64,000 nt of DNA from Eukaryota sp. TZLM1-RC (taxonomy: Eukaryota > Protista > Metamonada: BaSk clade): the NCBI GenBank assembly GCA_040285825.1, contig JAUPSS010000008.1:496001-560000 (forward strand), in the 5' to 3' direction. Shown piece by piece: positions 22,444-35,174 of this stretch. The notes under the pieces were generated by a model, which made no database searches, was not told the DNA's origin, and saw only the letters and a list, made by a program, of their open reading frames with translations. Made by a program: the position numbers and the translations under genes. Numbering within the stretch: position 1 is the stretch's first letter; each line of letters opens with the position of its first letter.

Positions 22444-25299
22444 GAAAACAATTAAAATAATGTTATTTTGTTCTCTTTCATAAAATGTTTTCAATGATGT
22501 TTATCATTATGGTCAAGCCATAGAGTTCTTGTTCAAATCAGTCCTAAATTAATCTAAAAGTGCAAAATTCTTACCACTACAGTATATTCAAAAGTGTAAA
22601 TCTATTGATCATACACAGTGATTGTTTCAACATACTTGAAATTTGTTTTTAGTTTTCTCTTCAGCTCTACGTAATGACGAATTTCCAGAAAGTGGAAGTC
22701 TTTCAAATGAATTTTTTGGAACAATTATAAATCTGACTTCAATAATAAACATTGATCCATCGAGGCCTGCACAGCAGATTTCCACAACTATCAACAAGAG
22801 AATTTTTGCCAGAGATGTCATTCAAATTAGAAAGCAAAAGTTCAATAAAGGACTCGAATTTGTACGACATACACATGCAATACAATTGATTACGGACTGG
22901 ATCATGAATTTTTGATCCAGTTTTGAACTTTTGAACTTTTGTTTTGAAAATAAAACGTTTACAACTGAGTAAATGGGTTGGAGTGGCAATTTGACCACAT
23001 TTTCAACTCAAACCAACGATGATCAGACCAACTAAAAGCTCCAAGCCTCATTGAGAATAAAAAAAATCATGCATAAACAAGCCATAAATTGTGAGTAGGT
23101 GATTAAAAATGGCTTTCTTGCAGAAGCATGATATTTTACAAAAAATGTACCCACTTCAAACAGTTCTTGTTGATTATAACAGCTGTCAAAATGTGATCAC
23201 ACTTTCACAATGTGATCACACTTGTAGTGTTAAATATGTCAACTTGGTACACAATATTACTAGTATATATTTATTAAGGTTTGTACTGACAATTTAAATA
23301 CAAAACTAAATTGAGGAACGTCTTCTACAGACTTAATCAACTTCTTTGATGCTTGACCAATCCAAATCAATTTCTCCTTCTAGAATATCTTCATTTTCAT
23401 CATGAACGATGATTTCATCGAGAGGTGCACAATCCATTGGAGAGCTGTAAGCGGAAAAAGAGGACAAAGTGCTTGCTTATAAACAAGATTTTTCTATATC
23501 AAACAATTTATATTTTAGTGATCTTTTTGAGGGACATTTTCAATCAGCTTAAGAGACCAAAGTACGTTTTTAATATGGAAAAATTTTAGTCAATTAAACC
23601 AAGTGTGATGAGATGTGATCACACATTGAATGGTGTTTGTGATCAAAAAGTATGCTTCAAACATATACTCACTATAAACCGATCATCTACAAGGGGAGAA
23701 ATCCCTCCCAAAACTGCAGTGAAGCCTACATCTAACCCCAAAGAGAGTATTGAAGCTCATGAACAAACAGTTTCTGCACCAATCGATAATGCAGAACAAA
23801 ATTTCATTTTCAATTTGTTTATTGAATGATTACCGTAAAACTTATTTGCAAGACAAAAACCGTCTAAACTCAATTTTTCATATGACTGAAAGGACCTTAC
23901 AATCAGCTGAAAAATTGTTATTAAATATACAACCAATAGAGTTATTTCCAGTACATCAAATAGTTTTCGAATTGATGTCAGTGGTTTAAAGATAAAAAAC
24001 ACAAATATTAACAAACAAACGATCATCAAAATAAACAAAATTTAAAAAGATGCTACAACTCCTAAAACAGTTGTTTCATTTGATATTGCAACAACAGCAA
24101 CAAACGCAATTCCGCCTATAAAGATTAATTAAAGGATGAATAATATGAGAAAACAAGAGGCTCAAAACCTCAAAAATCTGATTGATGAAGAGCTATTGGA
24201 TTGGATCAACAACCAAGAAGTTTTCCTCATCTCTGGGGTTTTATAGTTTTCACAAGGTTGACTTTTGCATGCAGGAAAGTTTTATTGCTACCTGGGGATT
24301 CAACCGCGGAGCGTTGTTCTAACTACTTGTTAATTGCAATTTCATTCACAGTTTGGATACAGAGGGAGCATTTCTGTTATTGTTTGTTCAATTTTCAATT
24401 AGTCACGAGCCAAACGTCGGGACTGGCTTTAATATGTAAAAAACTTGATATACCAGCGAGTTCCAACAGAATTACTGTTCTTGGCAAAGTTAATGGAATC
24501 AGAACACATTCAACATGTTTTGTAATTTTTGCCAATAAATTCACTCTGAATTTAATGGTATTTTTGATTCATTTTTGTATCCCAAAAAACCGTTACTGCG
24601 TCAAATTTAGCACGACGTTGGAATCTCTCAGTTGGTTTGTTTATTAAATGAATCTAAAGGGTACTTTCATGCTAAATTGAAACGCCTTTTACCAATTGAT
24701 TGCATTGAAAGAAAACCTCAAGATACAATTAATTATTCATTGGGAAGAAGGGTTCTTCCTTTGAAATTAATTTTTACTATTTCAATCAAACAAAGTGGTT
24801 CAACCTACTTTTGTGACTGACAAAACAACATTGAAATCTATTGTCAAGCATAAGAATTTGGAACCTCTATGAGTTTATTATGCTTAGTTGGTTTCTGGAT
24901 TGAGAATGACTTCTTATTGTCTTTAATTCATCTTGTTCTTGTAATTAACAATGACCAACAATTCCCTCTCATTACTCAATCAAAGGTAGAACAGCTTCAA
25001 AAGTTACTCAGTAAAATATTTTACAATGAGCACAGAATTAAACTCAATGAGGATGGTTTACCTACTTCAATTAATCAGGATTTAAAATTTTTTCTATTGA
25101 ATACAATTGTAAACAGTTAATGGTTAACAATGGTGGTCCTCCTTTTTTTCCCATTAATTATTGCGCTAGATTGGATCTTTATTGCATAAACCACTTAAAC
25201 ACATTTAGAAATAAATATTGCAATATGATACCCACAGTATATAAAATTAGTAAAATTTATTAAGTAGTTTCCAAAAAGTTTCCAAAATAACAATTGGAA

Positions 25300-25720
25300 A
25301 AAATATTTATTGAACATTCACACTTAATAGAATTAATTCATTGCTAATAGGACGACTATCATTGAACCAAGATTTCCTCTACAAACCCTTGATCTGCTTG
25401 CTGTCTAGCTAAAGCTTCTCTTATTCGATTGAAAAACCGAGGTAATCTATTAATAATGGTAAATTGAATCCGAGAGCGCCATAAAAAATATCAAATCTTT
25501 TCATTGTTTTTTCTTGAACCATTTTTTGGAAGTCATTCAAAAAAGTTTGTGTTTCTACTGATAGTCTTCAGTTTATTGAATATAGGAAAGCAATAAAACT
25601 AGTGGTGTACTTCTAACAGCATTAGCTTCTTCGATATCCTTATCATATTTTCTATGTTTTTCTATTGCTTTAGAATCAAGAGCACTCACAGGATTAAGTT
25701 TTCTTCTGTGAACAATTGGA
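25300..25720 (-). mobile_element. 3' end fragment of family-B CRE-like LINE
   Basis: Reverse-complement homologue of ~43375-43790. Confidence 0.85.
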
Positions 25721-25950
25721 TGAATTCAATTTTTTTTAAATTCTATTATTGTGAAAAATTTAAAAGATGAGTAAAAGCTGTTGAAACTAAAATTTTACTT
25801 TCCACTGTACAAACGGAGTCTCAAACATTCAATAAATCTGCGACCAAAATTAATTATTTTATAGAAGTTGAAGGAAAAACGTTTAATATCACCCGATTTG
25901 CCCAGTGGAAGACGCCTAATTTTTTTTGAAGTTGGAAACCAAGGACTTTC

Positions 25951-26172
25951 GGGAACTTTACATTCATTACAAATTCTTTCAAACATCAAATCTTTATTGA
26001 ACCAATAATATGGTTTTGCAATTTATACCATTGTTGGTCAACAAACATAGCTATTTGCAAGTTTCTAAAATAGCAAGATTTTAGTCAAGGAGAATTAAGT
26101 TTATTCAGAATAGACACCTAGGTGATTTCACTGACATTTACGAGTATGTGGCATTTTTGGATTTTTCCACGA
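25951..26172. repeat. Dispersed repeat upstream of TFIIS (inverted copy of 10951-11216)
   Basis: Direct sequence comparison. Confidence 0.85.
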
Positions 26173-26206
26173 TTTCTCTCTTCATTTACTTCACTAAGAT
26201 CAGGAC

Positions 26207-27031
26207 ATGACTTCTGTTACAGATCTTAAATCTCAACTTGTTGAACTACTGGATACTGAGCATCGTGATGTTTCGAGCATAATCGAAATTCTCCAAACAT
26301 TGAAAGACACTGAAATAACTATGACTATTTTAGAAGAGACCCATATAGGAAGAGTTGTTAAACAAGTTCTTGATCAGGTGGAAGATGATCAAATCAAAAC
26401 TCTATCAAAGTCCCTACTCCGCAAATGGGTAAGTCTTGCAAAACCACACAAAACAAGTCCTGTCACCCCAACTAAACAACTGAAAGATGAAACTCAACCA
26501 AAACCCAGTAAACCTGCTGTCGAAGTTGGGCTTCCTCGAGGTATCAGGACGGGTGACGAGACTAGGAACAAAGTACGTACTTTACTATATGAATTATTTA
26601 GCCAAAAGATGCAAGCCAACAATCCTGAGAACCTCTCTGTCAACATTGAAACAGCAATGTATGAGACTTATGGGTCAGAGCCTAAATATAGAGGTACGTA
26701 TAGAACACTTAAATCTGCATTTCTCAATAATTCAGACCTGATTCAACTTGTTGAAGATGGTCACATTTCTCCACAGAAGCTTGTATCAATGACACCGCAA
26801 GAATTTTTGACTGAAACTCAAAAGAAATACTATGAAGACATCAGTGACAAGCGGAAACAAATGGCAATGCTCCACGATACAGATGGTGGCAGCTTTACTG
26901 ATATGTTCAAGTGCGGAAAGTGTGGTCAACGAAAATGTACTTACACGCAAAAACAGACTAGATCAGCAGATGAACCTTTAACCAACTTTGTGTTGTGTCT
27001 TTCCTGTGGTAATAGATGGAAGTTTTGTTGA
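26207..27031 (+). CDS. TFIIS: Transcription elongation factor S-II
   Basis: N-terminal LW domain (LEETHIGRVV..LLRKW), central domain and Zn ribbon CGKC..QTRSADEPLT..C..CGNRW. Confidence 0.97.
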   Translation: MTSVTDLKSQLVELLDTEHRDVSSIIEILQTLKDTEITMTILEETHIGRVVKQVLDQVEDDQIKTLSKSLLRKWVSLAKPHKTSPVTPTKQLKDETQPKPSKPAVEVGLPRGIRTGDETRNKVRTLLYELFSQKMQANNPENLSVNIETAMYETYGSEPKYRGTYRTLKSAFLNNSDLIQLVEDGHISPQKLVSMTPQEFLTETQKKYYEDISDKRKQMAMLHDTDGGSFTDMFKCGKCGQRKCTYTQKQTRSADEPLTNFVLCLSCGNRWKFC

Positions 27032-27334
27032 TTTGTGTATTTTGGACGGGGTTTTTTGCTTTCTTTTTTGCTTAATATTTAGTTTTTAAGGTGGGCTATT
27101 TCTTTAATTGAAATTGAATAAATTTTTTAAACAAAATGGTGATTTCTACGATTCAGAAGATGTTGATTTAATTTTAACATTGCTGTTGACAAAAAAAGAA
27201 TAGGATAAGGATAAGGCTTACAATCACAATTAAAATTATAATCAAGTATTAAGACATTTATTTTATGGCCTACTTCATTTTTAGAAAGTTCAGAAATATT
27301 GTCACTAGATTCCGTTGTCTTGTTTGTAAAATCA

Positions 27335-28520
27335 TAATATTTATTGAACATGCACACTTAATTAAATTAATTCATAACTAATGGGACGAATATCATTGAA
27401 CCAAGATTTCCTCTACAAAATCTTGATCTGCTTGCTGTCTAGTTAAAGCTCCTCTTATACACACATGCAGTTGCTTTTTTCACAATATTTAAATCACCTA
27501 TAAGAACAACATCATCCATATAGGCAATCATTTTTAGCGAAGGAACCATCTCTTGAATTTGTAATAAAATAGGATGAATGACCAAACAAAACAAAAGAGG
27601 TCCTAATGGATCTCCTTGCTTTACACCACTTGATGAACCCAAAATGGAATTACCAAAATGCAAATTAGAATTTGTGCTATTCGTTGATTGGAAATACGGT
27701 ATTAATTCCGGCATGTATTGCAACAGAGCACCATGAATACAGCAACGACTGAGTGAATTGAATGCATTACTAAAATCCAAGGACATACAAACATTGGATT
27801 CATTTTGGCGAAATAATACATCTGTAGCAAATATCGCTGAAGAAACTCCATCAGTGGTATTAATTCCACATTGAAAGGGTAATAAAATCGTTTTTGCTGT
27901 TTCATTGAACCTGATTAAACAACAAGCAGAAAAATTATTATGTATTCTTTCAGAGACCGCAATAGGACGAACATCCATTTTTGAATTCTTGACAAGTGCA
28001 GTCAAACGAGAACATCTTAATTCTTCTAAATACTTATGTTGACCAGTCAATATTCTATTAAAAAACTTGGTTAATGAAACAAGGCAATCCTCTGATGAAA
28101 TTACTGCAGCTTTTATATGATCAATAGAAATACCAGAAAGCCCGGCAGACTTACCACGTGGTCTCTTTTGTATCACTGAAAATACCTCTGGTGCCATCAA
28201 TGGATGAGTTTCCCAAATAAGTTCCGCAAAAATTTTGATCCATTCTTGGGTCTTCCAATGGATGTAGTATTTTCTGTTTATCTTTAGTGTGTTGATTGTT
28301 GGGAGCTTTAAGTCAGGGACTTAAAGCAGACAAAGCCCTAGACCATTTGTTATCAAAGCATTTGTCTTCAAGAATTTTGCTCAATTTCTCAGATGACTGT
28401 TGTCTCGGTGCTATATTAGTTAAATCTTCAAAAATATTTACGAAATTTTGTTCAAAAGGAGCACAAAAAGAACCAAAAAATTCCCAGAGAATATTGATAG
28501 CATACTTTTTTTTTACATAA
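27335..28520 (-). mobile_element. Family-B CRE-like LINE, internally deleted (RT joined directly to the 3' end)
   Basis: DVRPIAVSE, DFSNAFNSL, GVKQGDPLGPLLF, YMDD; jumps at ~27455 to ..ARQQADQDFVEEILV and the 3' UTR. Confidence 0.9.
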
Positions 28521-28775
28521 TTGTTCCAGAAATGACTGTATACTGTTTTTAAGTTGCGTAAATTATTAAGTAATAAATATATTATTTCCGAAACTAAAAG
28601 TGTTTGTTAAATAGAGAGTTGTAATTTACTAAAGTATTTTCCATTTAGTTAATAGTTGATCTCAGGCATTTGCCCTAGAAGATATATCTCAATTGATGTC
28701 CTCAATTTTCACAGAAGAAAACAGATTTGTGTTTAAAAAAAATATTCAACTTATAATTTACAATAATTAATAAAT

Positions 28776-29261
28776 CTAGGGACTTCTATAGGCCAATATA
28801 GGGGAATACAAAGTATTAGAAGGTGTGCTATTCTTTGAGACCCTCCCCGGCCCAGCATTATGGGGTGAATTACATAGAATTGAGCTGTTTGTGAATATAA
28901 GCTTACCAGAAGAAGGACTTTTGACAGGAATGCTCACTGGTGAACGAAAGGCCTGAGTATTCCCAGAAGGTGGATCTTCAAATGTAGAGAAGTGTTGTGG
29001 TTGAGTCAACTGGGAAGCCAGCCTGCCTGCTGTATGTAAAGATTGGTGAAAGTTATGAAAGCTGTCCTCTATCCGACTGATGTGGGATAATCTGTCTTCC
29101 TTCAAGCAGTGGAGAAAATCAAGTGGCTTTTTGAACAAAGGACCATACTTTTTGGTGAGCCATTGAAGCTTGTTGATATCAGTGTCAATTTCATTAATCT
29201 CAGAGTTTAGAACAGTGGTATGAGAGACAAGGTCGTCTAGGACTTGTGTTTCGTTATTCAT
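28776..29261 (-). CDS. Hypothetical coiled-coil protein (repeated; may be TE-derived)
   Basis: 161-aa ORF whose 5' part is duplicated at 22241. Confidence 0.4.
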   Translation of the reverse strand: MNNETQVLDDLVSHTTVLNSEINEIDTDINKLQWLTKKYGPLFKKPLDFLHCLKEDRLSHISRIEDSFHNFHQSLHTAGRLASQLTQPQHFSTFEDPPSGNTQAFRSPVSIPVKSPSSGKLIFTNSSILCNSPHNAGPGRVSKNSTPSNTLYSPILAYRSP

Positions 29262-29354
29262 TCTAATTGTTGTGTTCTGTACAAGGGGTGTAAATTGTAA
29301 GATTTCCTTAATAAGGTATTAATCAAAAAATGCAAAAGAATAACTAATCTGTGC

Positions 29355-30055
29355 TCTTCATCAGGTGTAAAACAAGGGGATCCTTTAGACCCATCCTTAT
29401 TTTGCATAACAATTTAAGAATCTTTGATTGCTATTAATGAAAAATACCCTTCTCTCAAAATTGTGGGTTACATGGATGACATCTCCCTTGTCGGTCCATT
29501 TGATGTTGTTCAGAAAGCTTCAAATGAAATTGCGGAACAATATGAAATTATTGGTCTTCACTTGAATCCTAAAAAATGTTTATTAATTGGTAATGATTTC
29601 AAAGAGTTGGAAATTAATAATTGTAAAATTTCTTTTATCAATTATTCACAAGAAGCTTTTCGTTTTCTTGGATGTTGTTGAGGAAATGTTGATGAAATTA
29701 CTAAAAATCTCAACGAAATTGTTACAAAACTTGGTACTGAGCTTCAATTAATTTCTGAATTAGAAATAGAAAAACATACCAAATGTTTTATTTTAAAAAT
29801 TTGATACTCCGGAAAAATTACTCACTTATTGAGGTCGACAGCACCTTCATTGTCTATCGATTTTTGCCGATCATTTAATCAACTTCGTGCAACTTTCTTT
29901 GCTTCCCTATTAGAAGTGAATCCTGAGCTAATTCGAGCTCACTTGTTCTCTTCTTCACAATTTGGTGGCGTTGGTTTTACCAAATCTTCAATTCTTTGTC
30001 AAGCAGCTTTTGTTGGTGGCAAAAATTTTATTTTTGAATTTCTTAATCTTTTCCT
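29355..30055 (+). mobile_element. Degenerate RT fragment, family-A-related LINE
   Basis: SSGVKQGDP, GYMDD, FRFLGC, GGVGFTKSS with in-frame stops. Confidence 0.85.
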
Positions 30056-30059
30056 TGAA

Positions 30060-30199
30060 ATTGTATTTATTGAATTTGCACACTTAATTAAATTAGCTCA
30101 ATACTAATGGGACGACTATCATTGAACCAAGATTTCCTCTACAAAATTTTGATCTGCTTTCTGTCTAGCTAAAGCTTCTCTAATTCGATTGAAAAACCG
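30060..30199 (-). mobile_element. 3' end of family-B LINE (left flank of the gag array)
   Basis: Reverse-complement homologue of ~43650-43790. Confidence 0.85.
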
Positions 30200-30367
30200 T
30201 GGTGTTGTTGTTGAACTCAAATTGAATTAGTAGGTTTCTTTGTATTTTGACTGATGACGTGATACTCGTTTATGAATCAGTTTTATTAATAAACTCAGAT
30301 TTCTCTCTCTCCTTCGTGTGTTCATCTGCCTAACGGCATCAATGATTATTGGCCCTTCTTATTTCAG

Positions 30368-31123
30368 ATGACTGTTCCTTCTGTCAACCTCCCGTCTCTT
30401 TCTTCCATGAAAGTTGAAAGTGTTCTCTTGTTCCTACAAGAGTGGAAGATCTATTCTTCTGTGACTTCCAAGAAAGAGCTTGTTCCAGCAAGACTCTTGG
30501 TCGATTCTTTTCTGTTAGAGTCCCTATCTCTCCAGAAATCCGACGTCTCTTCCAGTGACGATGTTCTTCTTAGACATCTACAATCTGTCGTATCGTTCGC
30601 CACGTACGAAGATTTTAGTCTGGCTATGTCAGAACTGAAGCTTGATGTCCGTATTGGTGACGTCCGAGAACGTATGTCCTGTTACCTGCGACGTTTCCTC
30701 CAGGTAAAGAGTAGGGCTTCCGGACTGAAGTTACCAGACACAGCTTTTCTGAATCGATTTGCCAGAGGAATTCTTCCCGTAGGTCTTCAACGTTCTCTAC
30801 TAGCGAGAATTCGAGATGATGTATTCCCAGATCTTCACTCTCTTGTCGAAACCACTACTGATGAGCTGTTGGACTGCTCTAGGGTTGCTTCATGGACTCG
30901 TGGTTTCAAAACCTCAGTGAATGATGTGGAACGTACGGCTGGCACTAAAACGAGGTCCTCTTGGCGCTCTCAGGATTTAAAAAATCAATCGTGCTTCAAG
31001 TGCCACAAGCTTGGACACTTCTCCCGCGATTGTCCTACTAAAATCAAACATGAGGTAAATTATGTGTGTCACACAAACGATGCACCAAAAAGTTTAACAA
31101 ACCCCATATCTTCCCTCTATTGA
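30368..31123 (+). CDS. Gag-like protein with CCHC zinc knuckle (unit 1)
   Basis: 251 aa, CFKCHKLGHFSRDC. Confidence 0.85.
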   Translation: MTVPSVNLPSLSSMKVESVLLFLQEWKIYSSVTSKKELVPARLLVDSFLLESLSLQKSDVSSSDDVLLRHLQSVVSFATYEDFSLAMSELKLDVRIGDVRERMSCYLRRFLQVKSRASGLKLPDTAFLNRFARGILPVGLQRSLLARIRDDVFPDLHSLVETTTDELLDCSRVASWTRGFKTSVNDVERTAGTKTRSSWRSQDLKNQSCFKCHKLGHFSRDCPTKIKHEVNYVCHTNDAPKSLTNPISSLY

Positions 31124-31328
31124 GCCAGTACTGTATTTGTCCTCAGAAAAGTGGGAGAAAGTGGTGTTGTTGTTGAACTCAAATTGAATTAGTAGGTTTC
31201 TTTGTATTTCGACTGATGACGTGATACTCATTTATGAATCAGTTTTATTAATAAACGCAAATTTTCTCTCTCCTTCGTGTGTTCATCTGCCTAACGGCAT
31301 CAATAATTATTGACCGTTTTTATTTCAG

Positions 31329-32085
31329 ATGACTGTTCCTTCTGTCAACCTCCCGTCTCTTTCTTCCATGAAAGTTGAAAGTGTTCTCTTGTTCCTACAA
31401 GAGTGGAAGATCTATTCTTCTGTGACTTCCAAGAAAGAGCTTGTTCCAGCAAGACTCTTGGTCGATTCTTTTCTGTTAGAGTCCCTATCTCTCCAGAAAT
31501 CCGACGTCTCTTCCAGTGACGATGTTCTTCTTAGACATCTACAATTTGTCGTATCGTTCGCCACGTACGAAGATTTTAGTCTGGCTATGTCAGAACTGAA
31601 GCTTGATGTCCGTATTGGTGACGTCCGAGAACGTATGTCCTGTTACCTGCGACGTTTCCTCCAGGTAAAGAGTAGAATTTTCCGGACTGAAGTTACCAGA
31701 CACAGCTTTTCTGAATCGATTTGCCAGAGGAATTCTTCCCGTAGGTCTCCAACGTTCTCTACTAGCGAGAATTCGAGATGATGTATTCCCAGATCTTCAC
31801 TCTCTTGTCGAAACCACTACTGATGAGCTGTTGGACTGCTCTAGGGTTGCTTCATGGACTCGTGGTTTCAAAACCTCAGTGAATGATGTGGAACGTACGG
31901 CTGGCACTAAAACGAGGTCCTCTTGGCGCTCTCAGGATTTGAAAAATCAATCGTGCTTCAAGTGCCACAAGCCTGGACACTTCTCCCGCGATTGTCCTAC
32001 TAAAATCAAACATGAGGTAAATTATGTGTGTCACACAAACGATGCACCAAAAAGTTTAACAAACCCCATATCTTCCCTCTATTGA
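31329..32085 (+). pseudogene. Gag unit 2, frameshifted near 31677
   Basis: AGTAGAATTTTCCGG instead of AGTAGGGCTTCCGG; split into 150-aa and 84-aa ORFs. Confidence 0.8.
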
Positions 32086-32290
32086 GCCAGTACTGTATTT
32101 GTCCTCAGAAAAGTGGGAGAAAGTGGTGTTGTTGTTGAACTCAAATTGAATTAGTAGGTTTCTTTGTATTTCGACTGATGACGTGATACTCATTTATGAA
32201 TCAGTTTTATTAATGAACGCAAATTTTCTCTCTCCTTCGTGTGTTCATCTGCCTAACGGCATCAATAATTATTGACCCTTTTTATTTCAG

Positions 32291-33046
32291 ATGACTGTTC
32301 CTTCTGTCAACCTCCCGTCTCTTTCTTCCATGAAAGTTGAAAGTGTTCTCTTGTTCCTACAAGAGTGGAAGATCTATTCTTCTGTGACTTCCAAGAAAGA
32401 ACTTGTTCCAGCAAGACTCTTGGTCGATTCTTTTCTGTTAGAGTCCCTATCTCTCCAGAAATCCGACGTCTCTTCCAGTGACGATGTTCTTCTTAGACAT
32501 CTACAATTTGTCGTATCGTTCGCCACGTACGAAGATTTTAGTCTGGCTATGTCAGAACTGAAGCTTGATGTCCGTATTGGTGACGTCCGAGAACGTATGT
32601 CCTGTTACCTGCGACGTTTCCTCCAGGTAAAGAGTAGGGCTTCCGGACTGAAGTTACCAGACACAGCTTTTCTGAATCGATTTGCCAGAGGAATTCTTCC
32701 CGTAGGTCTCCAACGTTCTCTACTAGCGAGAATTCGAGATGATGTATTCCCAGATCTTCACTCTCTTGTCGAAACCACTACTGTTGAGCTGTTGGACTGC
32801 TCTAGGGTTGCTTCATGGACTCGTGGTTTCAAAACCTCAGTGAATGATGTGGAACGTACGGCTGGCACTAAAACGAGGTCCTCTTGGCGCTCTCAGGATT
32901 TAAAAAATCAATCGTGCTTCAACTGCCACAAGCCTGGACACTTCTCCCGCGATTGTCCTACTAAAATCAAACATGAGGTAAATTATGTGTGTCACACAAA
33001 CGATGCACCAAAAAGTTTAACAAACCCCATATCTTCCCTCTATTGA
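32291..33046 (+). CDS. Gag-like protein (unit 3)
   Basis: 251 aa, intact. Confidence 0.85.
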   Translation: MTVPSVNLPSLSSMKVESVLLFLQEWKIYSSVTSKKELVPARLLVDSFLLESLSLQKSDVSSSDDVLLRHLQFVVSFATYEDFSLAMSELKLDVRIGDVRERMSCYLRRFLQVKSRASGLKLPDTAFLNRFARGILPVGLQRSLLARIRDDVFPDLHSLVETTTVELLDCSRVASWTRGFKTSVNDVERTAGTKTRSSWRSQDLKNQSCFNCHKPGHFSRDCPTKIKHEVNYVCHTNDAPKSLTNPISSLY

Positions 33047-33251
33047 GCCAGTACTGTATTTGTCCTCAGAAAAGTGGGAGAAAGTGGTGTTGTTGTTGAA
33101 CTCAAATTGAATTAGTAGGTTTCTTTGTATTTCGACTGATGACGTGATACTCATTTATGAATCAGTTTTATTAATGAACGCAAATTTTCTCTCTCCTTCC
33201 TGTGTTCATCTGCCTAACGGCATCAATAATTATTGACCCTTTTTATTTCAG

Positions 33252-34008
33252 ATGACTGTTCCTTCTGTCAACCTCCCGTCTCTTTCTTCCATGAAAGTTG
33301 AAAGTGTTCTCTTGTTCCTACAAGAGTGGAAGATCTATTCTTCTGTGACTTCCAAGAAAGAGCTTGTTCCAGCAAGACTCTTGGTCGATTCTTTTCTGTT
33401 AGAGTCCCTATCTCTCCAGAAATCCGACGTCTCTTCCAGTGACGATGTTCTTCTTAGACATCTACAATTTGTCGTATCGTTCGCCACGTACGAAGATTTT
33501 AGTCTGGCTATGTCAGAACTGAAGCTTGATGTCCGTATTGGTGACGTCCGAGAACGTATGTCCTGTTACCTGCGACGTTTCCTCCAGGTAAAGAGTAGGG
33601 CTTCCGGACTGAAGTTACCAGACACAGCTTTTCTGAATCGATTTGCCAGAGGAATTCTTCCCGTAGGTCTCCAACGTTCTCTACTAGCGAGAATTCGAGA
33701 TGATGTATTCCCAGATCTTCACTCTCTTGTCGAAACCACTACTGTTGAGCTGTTGGACTGCTCTAGGGTTGCTTCATGGACTCGTGGTTTCAAAACCTCA
33801 GTGAATGATGTGGAACGTACGGCTGGCACTAAAACGAGGTCCTCTTGGCGCTCTCAGGATTTAAAAAAATCAATCGTGCTTCAACTGCCACAAGCCTGGA
33901 CACTTCTCCCGCGATTGTCCTACTAAAATCAAACATGAGGTAAATTATGTGTGTCACACAAACGATGCACCAAAAAGTTTAACAAACCCCATATCTTCCC
34001 TCTATTGA
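33252..34008 (+). pseudogene. Gag unit 4, +1 A in a homopolymer before the zinc knuckle
   Basis: A7 instead of A6 at ~33863-33869; could be a sequencing error. Confidence 0.7.
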
Positions 34009-34213
34009 GCCAGTACTGTATTTGTCCTCAGAAAAGTGGGAGAAAGTGGTGTTGTTGTTGAACTCAAATTGAATTAGTAGGTTTCTTTGTATTTCGACTG
34101 ATGACGTGATACTCATTTATGAATCAGTTTTATTAATGAACGCAAATTTTCTCTCTCCTTCGTGTGTTCATCTGCCTAACGGCATCAATAATTATTGACC
34201 CTTTTTATTTCAG

Positions 34214-34969
34214 ATGACTGTTCCTTCTGTCAACCTCCCGTCTCTTTCTTCCATGAAAGTTGAAAGTGTTCTCTTGTTCCTACAAGAGTGGAAGATCTAT
34301 TCTTCTGTGACTTCCAAGAAAGAGCTTGTTCCAGCAAGACTCTTGGTCGATTCTTTTCTGTTAGAGTCCCTATCTCTCCAGAAATCCGACGTCTCTTCCA
34401 GTGACGATGTTCTTCTTAGACATCTACAATTTGTCGTATCGTTCGCCACGTACGAAGATTTTAGTCTGGCTATGTCAGAACTGAAGCTTGATGTCCGTAT
34501 TGGTGACGTCCGAGAACGTATGTCCTGTTACCTGCGACGTTTCCTCCAGGTAAAGAGTAGGGCTTCCGGACTGAAGTTACCAGACACAGCTTTTCTGAAT
34601 CGATTTGCCAGAGGAATTCTTCCCGTAGGTCTCCAACGTTCTCTACTAGCGAGAATTCGAGATGATGTATTCCCAGATCTTCACTCTCTTGTCGAAACCA
34701 CTACTGTTGAACTGTTGGACTGCTCTAGGGTTGCTTCATGGACTCGTGGTTTCAAAACCTCAGTGAATGATGTGGAACGTACGGCTGGCACTAAAACGAG
34801 GTCCTCTTGGCGCTCTCAGGATTTAAAAAATCAATCGTGCTTCAACTGCCACAAGCCTGGACACTTCTCCCGCGATTGTCCTACTAAAATCAAACATGAG
34901 GTAAATTATGTGTGTCACACAAACGATGCACCAAAAAGTTTAACAAACCCCATATCTTCCCTCTATTGA
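34214..34969 (+). CDS. Gag-like protein (unit 5)
   Basis: 251 aa, intact. Confidence 0.85.
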   Translation: MTVPSVNLPSLSSMKVESVLLFLQEWKIYSSVTSKKELVPARLLVDSFLLESLSLQKSDVSSSDDVLLRHLQFVVSFATYEDFSLAMSELKLDVRIGDVRERMSCYLRRFLQVKSRASGLKLPDTAFLNRFARGILPVGLQRSLLARIRDDVFPDLHSLVETTTVELLDCSRVASWTRGFKTSVNDVERTAGTKTRSSWRSQDLKNQSCFNCHKPGHFSRDCPTKIKHEVNYVCHTNDAPKSLTNPISSLY

Positions 34970-35174
34970 GCCAGTACTGTATTTGTCCTCAGAAAAGTGG
35001 GAGAAAGTGGTGTTGTTGTTGAACTCAAATTGAATTAGTAGGTTTCTTTGTATTTCGACTGATGACGTGATACTCATTTATGAATCAGTTTTATTAATGA
35101 ACGCAAATTTTCTCTCTCCTTCGTGTGTTCATCTGCCTAACGGCATCAATAATTATTGACCCTTTTTATTTCAG

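Noticed and set aside
22450-25300. Short ORFs and a possible decayed BED-finger/hAT fragment (~24240-24640, -)
   Set aside because: Too degenerate to support without a search.
28776-29261. ORF1 of family-B LINE
   Set aside because: The longer family-B copy (to ~38760) has a different 5' region, so the adjacency may be a patchwork junction.
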